DNA of 64,000 nucleotides from Vitrella brassicaformis CCMP3155 (lineage: Eukaryota; Protista; Chromerida): the NCBI GenBank assembly GCA_001179505.1, contig CDMY01000260.1:81763-145762 (forward strand), written 5' to 3'. Under the pieces are notes generated by a model that saw nothing but the letters and a program-made list of their open reading frames with translations, did not search any database and was not told the DNA's origin. Position 1 is the first letter of the stretch, and every line of letters starts with the position of its first letter. A program made the translations under genes and the position numbers. Positions 50,142-61,447 of the stretch are shown here, piece by piece.

Positions 50142-51427
50142 TCAATCGAAAGCATAAGTGACCTCCAAATAAGGTTGCCACGTCCACGAATGCGTGTGGG
50201 GCGCGTCAGGCATTGCGTACTTGTGTTCAGGGAAGGGTTTGTGTTCGGTCATGGTGGCCATCCACTTGTCGAAAGAATCCTGACCCACAACCTGCACGCA
50301 CAACACAGAAGAGAGTCTCTCTCACGCGCTCACTCGATGTCCGCAAGGCATGAGGACCACACATTGTGTACAATGAACACCGTCACCGGCAGCAGCTGGG
50401 CCAGCAGCTGTGCTCTGGGAGAAGGGCACAGCTGACGACGACGCACTGGCCGAGTGGCGGAGCTGTAGCTGTCGTTCGATGGCGGCCTGGTGCAGCTGGG
50501 TAAGACGGTGCTGCTTAGAGGAGAGGTCATCGAGCAGCCGAGACACTGACGGCAGATCGAGAGACGACACACTATTAGCACTAAGACGACTGCACACAAG
50601 AGGGAAATGGACACATGCTCACCGCTGCTGTCGGGGTGTGTGTGTGGTTCCTTGCCTGTGTGGTGGTTGCGTCAATGACAGCTGTTGTTGAGTAACTCTT
50701 GCTCGGCATCAGCACGCGCAGCCCTGCACGCAAATGACATCAGCAGCCTCGACTTGTGTTTGCAAACCCTCCCCCTCCCTCCGCACCTTTCTCCCTCAGC
50801 GCCTTCAGCTCCCTCAGGTCATCCCTCTCGCATCTCAGGCTGATGGTGAGTGCTGCATCACCAGCTGGACGGGGTCGGTGGCTGGGGGAAAAACGGGGAG
50901 ACGGGAAAATCGCCAGTCTTGTCCGCTCGAATTAAGCGATCTTCCCATGACAGGCTGGAAAAAGGCAGCAGGTCAGCCTGACATGGCAACACACACGTAA
51001 AGTTTCGCTCCCTGCCGTTTCCTCCCCCGCTCACCTCCAGCAGGTCGGCGATGCCCTCGAGGAGGATCAGGAGAAACCACATCTCGACCGACAGCACCCT
51101 CTGCGGATGCGCCTCAGACCCCAGCGGTCCAGCCGCCTCACGCACGGCCCTCACACACGCGTCGAGCCTCCCATCCCTGCTGGCCTCCCGCAGCGTGCCA
51201 AGATCAGCCGCTGCATAAACGTGGTCACACACAAGACACCGCAGCCCGTGGCGTTGGCCAGTGTGTGTGCAAGCCGCTGGAGATGGCCTCGATGCTGTTT
51301 GGACAAGCGCCATTTGATGAAAGCCACTGGTGCGCGGCGCATCTGCCACCACACGGAGCTTCTCCTGTGGTTCGGCCGATCCAGTCGTCGAAGGAGTTGC
51401 CTCATCCTGATCGCCATCTTGACTCAC
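50142..51427 (-). CDS. Hypothetical multi-exon protein (Cys/His cluster, coiled coil); start codon not located
   Basis: Open exons CTHTGQRHGLRCLVCDHVY, CLRCERDDLRELKALREK, VSRLLDDLSSKQHRLTQLHQAAIERQLQ; last exon ...WTWQPYLEVTYAFD* flanked by AG/GT signals. Confidence 0.45.
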
Positions 51428-51838
51428 ATCCGCCTGTTTCTTCTGTGCATTTCCACAACGACTGGCACGTCGACTGCATTTTTCAGCCGCGCCCTCCTCA
51501 GATCATGAATGCAGAGGCGACGTTTTCTTCTTGCTGCTCTCACACAGACAGGCGGGACAAGCAGCAGATCCGCCTCGTACTGCGACTGCAAACAGGCACC
51601 ACAAACAGCACCTTGCGGTCATGGCAGCCACTGGCAGATGTACGCTCCCTCACCTGCTGATGTTATTCTCGCAAGCAACGCGAGTTTTGAGCCGCATCCC
51701 ACCCCTGGAAGAACTCCCGATCGGGCGGCCGTCCTGTGGTCATTGTTGGTCAGTGTTGTGCGTCTCTGCGTCGGCTTCCCTATTCGGCAGACATTGATCC
51801 ATCGCTCTCTCTGATTCATCGCATCTGTTGGATCCGTC

Positions 51839-53986
51839 ATGGTCCATACGAGGAGCGGCCGGGACGTACCCGCGCCTCCCCCTCACAAGCGACCTCACTG
51901 TACCAAGCGTCTGGCTGACTTCACGCCCGACCAACAAGGCAAACCGAAGCGGCATCGATACCGTCTCTCTGTCAAGGACTTCTTGGAGGGGGAGGCGGGC
52001 GCGCCAAGCAGCAACTCATCAGAGGCTGGTGCTGTTGATGACGAGCGTCAAGTGGTGCTCAACGACTGCTCGGTGGGCATCAGCTTTCCCGCCGACACGA
52101 ATGACGTCAGCGAGCGTTTGGTTTGTCGGATTCTGCGGCGGAACATCACGGGGCGGGGCGTGTCGAGGCTCATCGACAAGGGGGCGGATGCGAGGCTGAC
52201 AGTGAGGGTCATGGGCATGAGGGTGCCAACCCTCAGGTGTCGCGACCACGGCACATCTCCTCAGTTGGGTCTGCTTCAGTTGGCGATTGACGACCCCACA
52301 GGCAAGCCAACAAGGCAGCTACATCACATGTGTCGCGTACTTTGTGGTTGTAATGTCTTGATTGGCATTGATTGCCATCAGGTGCGTGTCCTGGGCTCAA
52401 CTGGGAACATACAAGGTTTACGAGTGAGGCCGGCACGCCCATTGTTCTTCCCCAGTGGCCAACTTCCGAGCGACAGAGGGAGGTCCTCGAAGCGCTCATT
52501 GTGGGGGGAGCACCTATTGGCAAGAAGTCGATCACGACTGCCTTCCAGAAGGCCAACCACCCTGCTCTCGACACGTTTCTCAGCCACACTTGCGGTGGAG
52601 ACCTCATTGACGGGCAAGCGCTCTTCTTCGTCGTCAACAGGCCTTGTCCGCCCAAGGACGTCTATGAGCAGTACTTCGACGCTCTTCTCCCGTGCATTCG
52701 CCGACTACTCGAGCACGACAGCAGCCTGGCGACCGAGGAGTTGCATTACAGATTTCTGCCCATTCACTCAGTGGCTGATCATGCGTCTTTCACCAGGAAC
52801 TTCACAAGTGAGCCGGCATTGTCAATCACACACATGCACTGACAGTGTGGTTAAATGTGTGTTTGACTTTTCAGTTGGTTTCTGCGAGCTGCTCTACGAG
52901 TTCGGCTCCCCAATCAACAGCAAAGAGGCCTCATTCCATGATATGAGGCCGTTTGACCAGGCAAAAGGCGCCGACGAGCCCTGGTTACTGGAGTTCCTGT
53001 GCAAGCGTCTGCCAGCTAGTGTCCTCGTGAGAACAGACCCTGAGCTAATGCGCTTTTTCATTGGTGGGGCGACCAAGGAATTGGAGAAACGTTACAAGAG
53101 GGGGGCAGAGGCGGCCAAGGAGAAGATCCGACTGCTGTTGCGTGTCGGCGTGCCTCTACCAGCTGCCCCCATCGCTACCACCAGGAAAAGCGATCCAGCA
53201 CTCAAGGCAGCCAACCGTGAGCGTCAGGAGATCAAGCGTGAGTATGTCTGCGTCCTCAACGAGATTCCTCATGACGTCATGGACACCGTCAATGCTGCCC
53301 TGAGGCCCCAACGTGAGCTGGCCGCTCTGCTCACCGATCTGCTGCCCCTCGCGCCTCACAATGACGGCCCCCATAACGATCCCGTCCCCTCTCTTCTTCA
53401 CTTCGGCCCACAAGAAGAAGCGGCGATCGCCTGGCGGATCGCAGCACTGTGCTTCGACACCGACACTGCTCACCAGACCGTCAGCGACATTCGGCTCCGC
53501 CCCCATAGCAAATTCGGCCATCGCGTCCACGAAGCAATGGACCACTTCGTCGCCTCTGCTGTCTTTCACGCGAGCGGCAACACAGAGGTGGTCGGTGGGA
53601 GGCACGAGGAGGAAGGCCAGGTGGTCCATGCCCCACCACTGCAGTGCTTCGCCATACGGGGGCAGGAGGGTGGGCAGCATCGTGTGTTGGGTCTACGGGA
53701 GGTGGTCCACGGGGCCCGGCTTGATGAAGCGACGGAGCACGGCCTGAGGGGCGTGGTCAAGGGCTTCAACGAGCACCTCGGCGATGCGGACTGTGAGCTC
53801 GAGTGGGACGGGCTGGGCTTTATCGACGATGCGGGTGAGTTCGTGTCGATGGCGGACCGCTTTGCCGTGCCTGTGATTGAAGAGGACGAGAGGGAGAGGG
53901 AGAGCGAGAGCGAGAGTGATGAGGACAGTAGTATGGACGAGGACTCAGATGATGACGAAGACGGTGACGAGTCGATGTTGGATTAA
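51839..53986 (+). CDS. Ankyrin-repeat-like protein, same lineage-expanded family as 23657-26098; acidic tail
   Basis: RLIDKGADA; LPIHSVADH; LLYEFGSPIN; C-terminal domain VMDTVNAALRPQREL...GHRVHEAMDHF...LGLREVVHGARLDEATEHGLRGVVKGFN. Introns 52302-52381 (GC-AG) and 52808-52874. Confidence 0.7.
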   Translation: MVHTRSGRDVPAPPPHKRPHCTKRLADFTPDQQGKPKRHRYRLSVKDFLEGEAGAPSSNSSEAGAVDDERQVVLNDCSVGISFPADTNDVSERLVCRILRRNITGRGVSRLIDKGADARLTVRVMGMRVPTLRCRDHGTSPQLGLLQLAIDDPTGKPTRQLHHMCRVLCGCNVLIGIDCHQVRVLGSTGNIQGLRVRPARPLFFPSGQLPSDRGRSSKRSLWGEHLLARSRSRLPSRRPTTLLSTRFSATLAVETSLTGKRSSSSSTGLVRPRTSMSSTSTLFSRAFADYSSTTAAWRPRSCITDFCPFTQWLIMRLSPGTSQVSRHCQSHTCTDSVVKCVFDFSVGFCELLYEFGSPINSKEASFHDMRPFDQAKGADEPWLLEFLCKRLPASVLVRTDPELMRFFIGGATKELEKRYKRGAEAAKEKIRLLLRVGVPLPAAPIATTRKSDPALKAANRERQEIKREYVCVLNEIPHDVMDTVNAALRPQRELAALLTDLLPLAPHNDGPHNDPVPSLLHFGPQEEAAIAWRIAALCFDTDTAHQTVSDIRLRPHSKFGHRVHEAMDHFVASAVFHASGNTEVVGGRHEEEGQVVHAPPLQCFAIRGQEGGQHRVLGLREVVHGARLDEATEHGLRGVVKGFNEHLGDADCELEWDGLGFIDDAGEFVSMADRFAVPVIEEDERERESESESDEDSSMDEDSDDDEDGDESMLD

Positions 53987-55215
53987 TCTGAGAGAGGAAA
54001 GGAGCTGGAATGGGGTGGGTGTGAGGGATTGTATGTATATGAGTAAATTGCCAACGGTGTTTACAGGTATCTGGACTGCACGAGCAGCATCATTCTTGCT
54101 TTTCATGTATTCGCCGGCTGGGTGGAGAACACTTTGACCTGTGTAGATGCCACTATTTTTTGCCGTCCTGTTGTGGCCTGCTGCACCCCGTGTTGACGAA
54201 TATGTGTGAATGCGTGTGTGTGAGTGTCCTCAAGGTCTTGTGGATGGATTGTGGGAAGCATTGATACGATAGATATACATATACACACCGCATACCACAT
54301 CACGTCACACCACGTCAAACACCTCTTTTTGCTGCTACTTCGCAGCGGCACTGACACGACAGACAGCACAAGCATTATACCAATAGTATCTATGCAATGC
54401 AATGCAGCCAGGGCCTAATCAATCGATGCAGACAACAACACGACAGCCAATTCAGCCGCGAGCAAGCCTTCTTTTGTGCGTATGTATGTGTGCACGTGTG
54501 AAGCATTACAACATGTCGTTCGTCGGCAGCAGCGATCGAAAAAGCAGAGAAGGGGAGGGAAGAGAGAGAGAAAAAGCCATTCTTACGGGAGAGAGGAAGC
54601 GGACGTACATAGGGAGGGATGGCCATTGCATGCATACAGAGTGGACTGTGTGGATAAACAATGGCTTTTGTCACGGGATGGGCACAAAGGGAGACACACA
54701 CGTGTACTGATACATACGCACTTACACAGACAAACGGCCGATGGCATATATATGTATATATGGACATATGCACATGTGTACGTATGTACGTATACACATA
54801 CTACGAGCACTGCGAACACGTCGCGAAGGAATCGATCGATCGATCGATCAACGCATGGCATAAAATGACGCCTAAAACTCTCGGACATACACACAACCAG
54901 CACGATACACAATACAGCATGAGCGCCCCCAGCCGGCCTGCCTTCATCTCTCTATATGTGCACCAATATTATAGAATGACCGACCGACCGACCGATGAAA
55001 TTCCCGTCTCAAACACAGCCCACGAAAAGCGGTGAGAAAAATTACCAAACACACACACACACAGGAAGAGAGGGAGGGCTCAGGGGAAAAGGAAAATGCA
55101 CCTGCACACAAATGCATGCGTGTGGATGTGTGTCTATGTGTGTGTGCGTGTGCCTGGACATGTGTGTTTTGTGTGTGTGTGCTCGCCTGAAAAGAGACAC
55201 GTCGATCGCTCGCAG

Positions 55216-57150
55216 TCACCCGCTCGTGTCGGCTGCAGAGAAATACACAAATGCACACATCCATCCATTCACTCACCCACCAACGTGTGTGTGTATGTGT
55301 GTGTGTACGCGTGCACTGTGACGTCCCGAATGTGTCTCCCTTTCTGGCCCATGATAAAACCTCAGGCAATAAAGACGCGTGCCTGTAATATGGGCACGCA
55401 CAGATCACGCCGATGCACGTCTCTGTGTCTGTGTGTGTGGTGGCGACGTATGTACTTTTGCGCAGCGGCTCTGGTCTGGAGGTAGCAAGTGCCCGTGTGG
55501 AATTCGTGGTAGAAGAAGGCGCACTCCTCCACTGATGTGCCGCCACCCACTGGCACACCTGCACCATACGCACACACACACACAGACATCCATCTGTCTG
55601 ACTGCGTGGGTGTGGTGTGGGTTTGTGCTCACCAGTGCTGCATATCTCCTGGCAGATCTTGGCTGAGAGCGACCAGGCGACCGCACGGCCCTGCACACAC
55701 ATACACATACACGTGTGTGTTGATGGGTGGCTCGATGGATGTGTGTGATGGCGGGTTGGAGGTATGCGCACCTACCATGATCTGTTTGGTCACCGGATGC
55801 CAGCCATAGGTGTGTTTGAGCGCCGCCCCGTCACCATTCGCCAAGGACGCCTTGCCGAAATACCTGTCACGTCAACCGATTGCACACACACAGAGACATA
55901 TATGAAATGCAATGCACCTGTGTTGTTTGTTCCCTCACCCGGCCAGTTGAATGCCCACCCCCTTCATCCACTCTTTGCACCGAATCTGTCAACACACACA
56001 CACAGACACAGACACACACACACACAGAGTGAGAGGAAGAGAGAGAGATGGCTACCTACACATACGGGTGTCTGCGTACCACGCGTGTAGACTGCAGTAT
56101 TGGCTTGAGCAATGTCGGCGCGGGCAAAGGCAATGTGGGCGATGGCCTGCACTCACCAATACAAATATCTGTGTGTGTGTGCGTGACGTGAGTGTCCATC
56201 CACCTGTTCTTTACGGGTGGCCTATCGTTGGTTTCTGTGTCCTGCTGACGGGATCTCCTATCGTCGCCACCATCATCCTTGGCTCCATCAGGCGCCTGAG
56301 ACGCACCCATCCATACACACGAATAGACAGACACGCGTATGCATTGTGACATTTTCCCTCTCCCTCCCTCCCTCCCTCCTTGCGTACGCACCTGTTTCTC
56401 GGTGTCTTGCCGCTGCTTGGGTGTATCGGCTGACCCCTTCGCTTTCCCTGGTGCTTCCTGTTTGGCCTTAGCTGTGGTGGCCGGGGAGATCTCCACCCTC
56501 ACCGACGCATTTGGGGTACCACCCTCTGGTGGTGCTGCTGCCGCCGATGTCTTCTCGTCTGGTTGCTCCTCCGTTGGTGTCAATGTGTCACCATTCTCCG
56601 CTGCCTCTAGGGATGACGGTGGTGGTGTGGCCACCTGCTGCTTTGTTGCTGTCGCTGCTGATGCTGCTGCTGCTGCTGATGCCGCTGGTGGTTCTTCTTC
56701 TGACTCGTCCCCTTGTGGCAGTGGTGGCAGGGTCTCCAAGACTCCTGCGCTGACATACTCTTGGTCGACGTCTCTCTCTCTCTCCCTCTCCCTTTCCCTC
56801 TTCCTCTGCGGCCGCCTGTGGCCCACCCTCACTCTCGCCCCTGGCTTGAGCGACACCACAGGCGATGCCATCACTATCGCCTCGCCACCGCCATCAGTAT
56901 CGCCACCAACATCACCATTGCCACCAGCTGAGCGCAGCAATGACGACGACGGTGGCCGGCCCTGTGTGCCGGCGACCTCAGACGGGAGTGGGGGCGGCAC
57001 GACGTATCTGATGCGGTGCTGGTGGTCTTTGTCGCTGTCTGTGGGAGGGGGTGAGGTGGCGAGGCAGACAGAGGGGAGGGAGAGGGGCCCGAGGAGGGAG
57101 AGGAGAAGGGCGAGGAGCAGAAGGCATGGACGACCTCGCCCAGGCGCCAT
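55216..57150 (-). CDS. Secreted low-complexity (P/S/A/E-rich) protein with a C-terminal PAN/apple-like domain
   Basis: Signal peptide PCLLLLALLLSLLGPLSLPSVCLA; mucin-like stalk; spliced KICQEICST|GVPVGGGTSVEECAFFYHEFHTGTCYLQ...TFGTSQC fits the PAN C..C..C.F.Y...C.L pattern. Confidence 0.55.
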
Positions 57151-58507
57151 CTTGTTCTGTACTATTATTTCGGACGCTGCTTAGCAGTCGAAGTGGTTTC
57201 AAAGTCGGTCATGCGTGTTGTGTGTCTGAGTCCCATACAGTACCCATACAATACTACCCCCCACAAGTGGGCCACAACAGCCCGTCTGCTCCCCAATGCA
57301 CCGAGGGATGTCTCTTGAAAAACAACCACCACTCGGTCAACGGAAGGCCAGCCAGGATGAGGAAAGCGGCATCATGGCAAACACACACGTCGCATGCAAT
57401 GCACCTCGGGCAGAAGAAAGGAAGACACTCTCTGCCAACAATCGACGGATGTCTGTCACAAAACAAACACCACAAAACAAAACAAAACAAACAAAACAAA
57501 CGTCGCCACCACAGACATCATGCGTGCAGGCAAACAGGGAAAGACACCCACAGGCAAAGGCAAGAACCCGCACAATCATCTAACATGCGCCACCCACCCA
57601 GCCGGTGCAGCCACCCACCCTAGACTTCGCTAATGATCTCGCAATGTATTATCCCGTTGATGCCCTGTTCGGTGCCGCTGCTAGTGTTGCCGTTGTTGCC
57701 CTTGTTGCCGTCCCCGCCTTTGGGTTTCGGCTTCGGTGCCGACGTCTTCGGCTTCGGCGGCATGCTGCTGCTTGTGTTGCTGAAGAAAAAGGCGATGAGC
57801 AGTGACGACGAGAGATGGTGAACGAGAGAGCCCGGAGGAAGCTGCCAGTCTGGGTAAGGTAGGTAGCTGGAGATTGATCGACTTGTTTCTCTTTGAGTAG
57901 CGGAAGGTCAATTCCTGCTGTCTGTTCCTGCATGGGGCGACAGACGTTGACCAAAGTCATTCAATGAATGGCCGCATGTGTGTATGGTTGTTGGTTTGTC
58001 GTCTCGCGAGAGTCTCACCCCAGCCATCGATGGATGTCTCGTGCACCAAAAAATGTACACACACCAAACAATCTCCACCAACAACACCTACAGGGGAAGA
58101 AGTGCCACACACAGCTACAGGATGCATGAGGCCAGCTTTCACGAAAAGAGCACACCACACACAGACACACATACATATCCACTCGGGAGGCGCGCGCACA
58201 CATGCAGTCGAGTCACGTGTCCATGTCCACCCTTCCCCCTCCCTACACTGTCTGCCTGTCTGCAGCATCTTGGCGCAAATCACGATGACACGCTGGCCCG
58301 CCGCCCACACACGCACGAGGCCACTTGACCAAACAGCCCACACAGACACATACAGATCTACGTGCATACGAGAAACAATCCATCCATCTATCCATCAGTG
58401 GCTCTCTATGTATGGTACACGGAGGTTCGTGCTCCTCGCCTGACGTTAAGCAAACATCCCTTCCACTTGTGGATGTGTGGATGTGTGTGTGGGTGATCAG
58501 CATGGTG

Positions 58508-59829
58508 TCACGTTACTCGTCGCCCGCCCCGCCAGTCACTCTCTCCGTCATGAACAGCACTGCCGCACGCAAATCGCCGCCATACGCCTGACACACTCAC
58601 ACACACACACACACATCCGTCCATCCATCCATTCATCCATGGATCTCTTTTTGCTCACCTGCAGGACGAGTATGTTGTGGTTTCGGTCAGGAAACCCCCT
58701 GCAGTGCAGGCATACACAGCCACAGCCACATACATACACATGTACCTACATGCAGTGTGCAGGTGTCGCGTGTGTGTGTCGGCTTACATCTCCCGCAGCA
58801 CTGACAGCTTCTTCTCCATCTCACCATCAACAACAACGGGAGCCGGTGCAGGAACCGCTGCTGCCGCTGCCGCAGCTGCTGCTGTCGGCTGGTGGTGGTC
58901 ATGGTGTGTGGGTGGGCTGATGGATGGGTAGAAGGGGGGCGGCTGCTGCTGGCTGGGAGTGCTGCTGGTGATGTCGTTGGTGCGTCCAGAAAATCCGCCG
59001 TCCATCTGCATCTCAGAGTTGTTGTTACTGTCGATGTTGTCATTCTGCATTGCGGGTGCGGGGAAGGTGCCCCACAGAGAGGCGTGAGGGTTGGTGTTGG
59101 TCATGTTGGCGTCATTGAAGGTGGCACCTCTCTGAGACAAAAAGAGAGAGACAATGCTCACGTGTCACGTCACGCAGAGCTCTTTGTGTGCTGGTGGATG
59201 GCCTACGAAGTGCTCGATCTCGTCTTCCTGCTCGATCTCTTCCTCCTCTGATCCTCCCTTGTTGGACCCCTCAGGCTGTGCATATTGAACACCCGGACGA
59301 CCTCCGTAAGGTGGAAGATCTCCACCGACTGCAGCATCGGGGATGTGCTGTCGCTGGAATGGCTCGAAGAAGGAACGGGGCGCTGGCTCTGGCTCCTCCG
59401 GTGCTGGGTGCAGCTTGGCTACATCCTGGCACATCCAACACAACACACACAGACAGACAGACACAGACAGCAGCGATCGACCCATGTGCACCTATTCCTG
59501 GACGCATTTTCTCTCTCCCTCCCCCCTCCCTCTCTCTCAGCCGACCTGTTGCTGTGCGGTTGCCGTCTCCTCTTCCTCTGTGGCTCTGTCCACGTAGAGG
59601 TCGTCATACTCGTCCCTCTCCCCCTCCCCGTCTCCATCGCCATTCTGCTGTCCAGCAGCCATCGGGACAGCCACACTCACAGACGCAGATGCAGACGCAG
59701 ATGCACTCGATGTAGTGGGCGGGTGTGACAGACGTTTGAACGCCTCCCCGCCGATCTCCCGCATGTTGGCATTCTGTACGGCGGTGCTGATTTCGGCAGC
59801 AAACGTCTCGAGGATCCTAAACACACACA

Positions 59830-59865
<36 letters not shown>

Positions 59866-61018
59866 TCCATCAATCCATTCATCCATCCATCCATCAAGCT
59901 CGCTTACTCTCTGGCGGTGGGTTCGGGCAAAGTGTGCAGTGCCGGCAGCAGATGGGCCAGGAACGTCCCAAAATCCCACCGTTCCCCATTGATGAGCTGT
60001 GCCAGATGAGGCAGCGTCTCGGCGATCTCTGACATGGGTGCGGGTAGAGACAGAATGTGACTAAGTGTGTGTGTGTGTGCATGTGTGAGTGCCGTCTGAC
60101 CGCGTGACGCCGTCTGGTATCCGTCCAGCTGTGCGGCGAGTATCTGTAGTGGGCTGCCGATCATGGGTACCCAGAACACGCCCATAGTGTCGAACAATTG
60201 GCTGTTCTGGGTGACCATGTTCTCAAACAACGGCGTCAACAGGAGACTCGACAACTGCAAACACACAGCCAGACAGCCATCCATCCCTGTCGCGTGTCAG
60301 TCAGTCAGTCAGTCAGTCAGTGCACGTTGTATGTGTACCATGTGAGGCGTGTTGAGCATGCTTGAAAGCATGGAAGCCACCTGAGGCGGGTTGGCGCCCG
60401 TGTCACCTCCGGTGGTCTCGTCCCGTGTGCTCACGCCCTCATCAACCATCACATGGCCTGAACCACCACCACCACCACCACCAGCAGCAGCGGCGGTGGC
60501 AGCGGCTGGTGTCGTCTCTTCATCTGTGCTTGCGGTGGGTGTTGGCACGAGCTTCAGCTTGAGCAGCGGGATGTCAGATTCCTTTTGAGTCTCACGAGCC
60601 ACCTGACAACCACAATCACGATGTACCGACCCTTTTCCTGTGCTCTGTCTGTGTGTGGGTGTCTCCCTCCCTCCCTCCCTCCCTCCCTCCCTCAGGCACC
60701 TGCAGTGCGTCATCGACAGTCGACGGAGTAAGCCGGCACCAATCGCCCTAACGAACGAACAAAAACACAAATGCTTTTCCTTTCCTTCTCCCCCAATCTG
60801 CCCGCCAGGCTTCGGCGGTTTCGGACCTCCTCATCACGGTACTGGATGATGTATCCTGATCCCCCATCCGGCGGCACGCCATAGCTGTCCCATACCGTCG
60901 CTATCAGCTCTCTGTGGAAGGCAATTTGTGTTGGACCATTGTCGATGTTGAACCGGAACCGGCGGATGTCGCCCTGGAAGTCAACTTTCGCCAGAATTTG
61001 CTGCTGCTGCTGCGCCAT
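58508..61018 (-). CDS. PB1 ... UBA protein, p62/SQSTM1/NBR1-like selective autophagy receptor candidate (no ZZ domain seen)
   Basis: PB1: ILAKVDFQGDIRRF...IIQYRDEE|GDWCRL..DDAL. UBA: EKKLSVLREM|GFPDRNHNILVLQ|AYGGDLRAAVLFM. LIR-like ERDEYDDL (YDDL at 59597-59608). Confidence 0.78.
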
Positions 61019-61447
61019 TGTGTGCCCTGCTGCTGCGAGAGCAAGTCGCGAGGCAGAACGGCGGCGTGATGGGGTGAAGCAAGGGATGAGCGGGAGGGCA
61101 GATCTGATGCTGGGCACACACAACAAGGGGTCAACTGCTTTCTGCCTTGCGAACGAAGCACTTAAGGGCCTTTGACTAAGCTCGCAAACGTTTGAGCTCG
61201 CAAAGAAAGGGCGGGGAAGGAGGTGCGATGTCCTCTTTTCTGGTGGTGCTGTGTGTGTGTGCAGATCTCTTCGTCAAGGGCAAGATCACGGCGTGACTGT
61301 CACTGTGACTCATTCGGTGTCGTTATGGGGACGTCGTGGAGATATGCTCCTTTCTGGTGTAGTTATGGGAGGGCCGGCTGCTATACTGCTCACGGTATTC
61401 CTACAGCTCTTCGGCCTCTGCTCTTCTGCCGTTGTCAGCGCACCGCC

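Noticed and set aside
54000-55200. Several 60-135 aa ORFs
   Set aside because: Microsatellite-rich intergenic/3'-UTR DNA ((GATC)n, (TA)n, (CA)n) giving low-complexity translations.
57618-57760. Short minus-strand ORF MPPKPKTSAPKPKPKGGDGNKGNNGN...
   Set aside because: Protein-like composition but under 50 codons, with no resolvable downstream exons; cannot be supported without RNA data.
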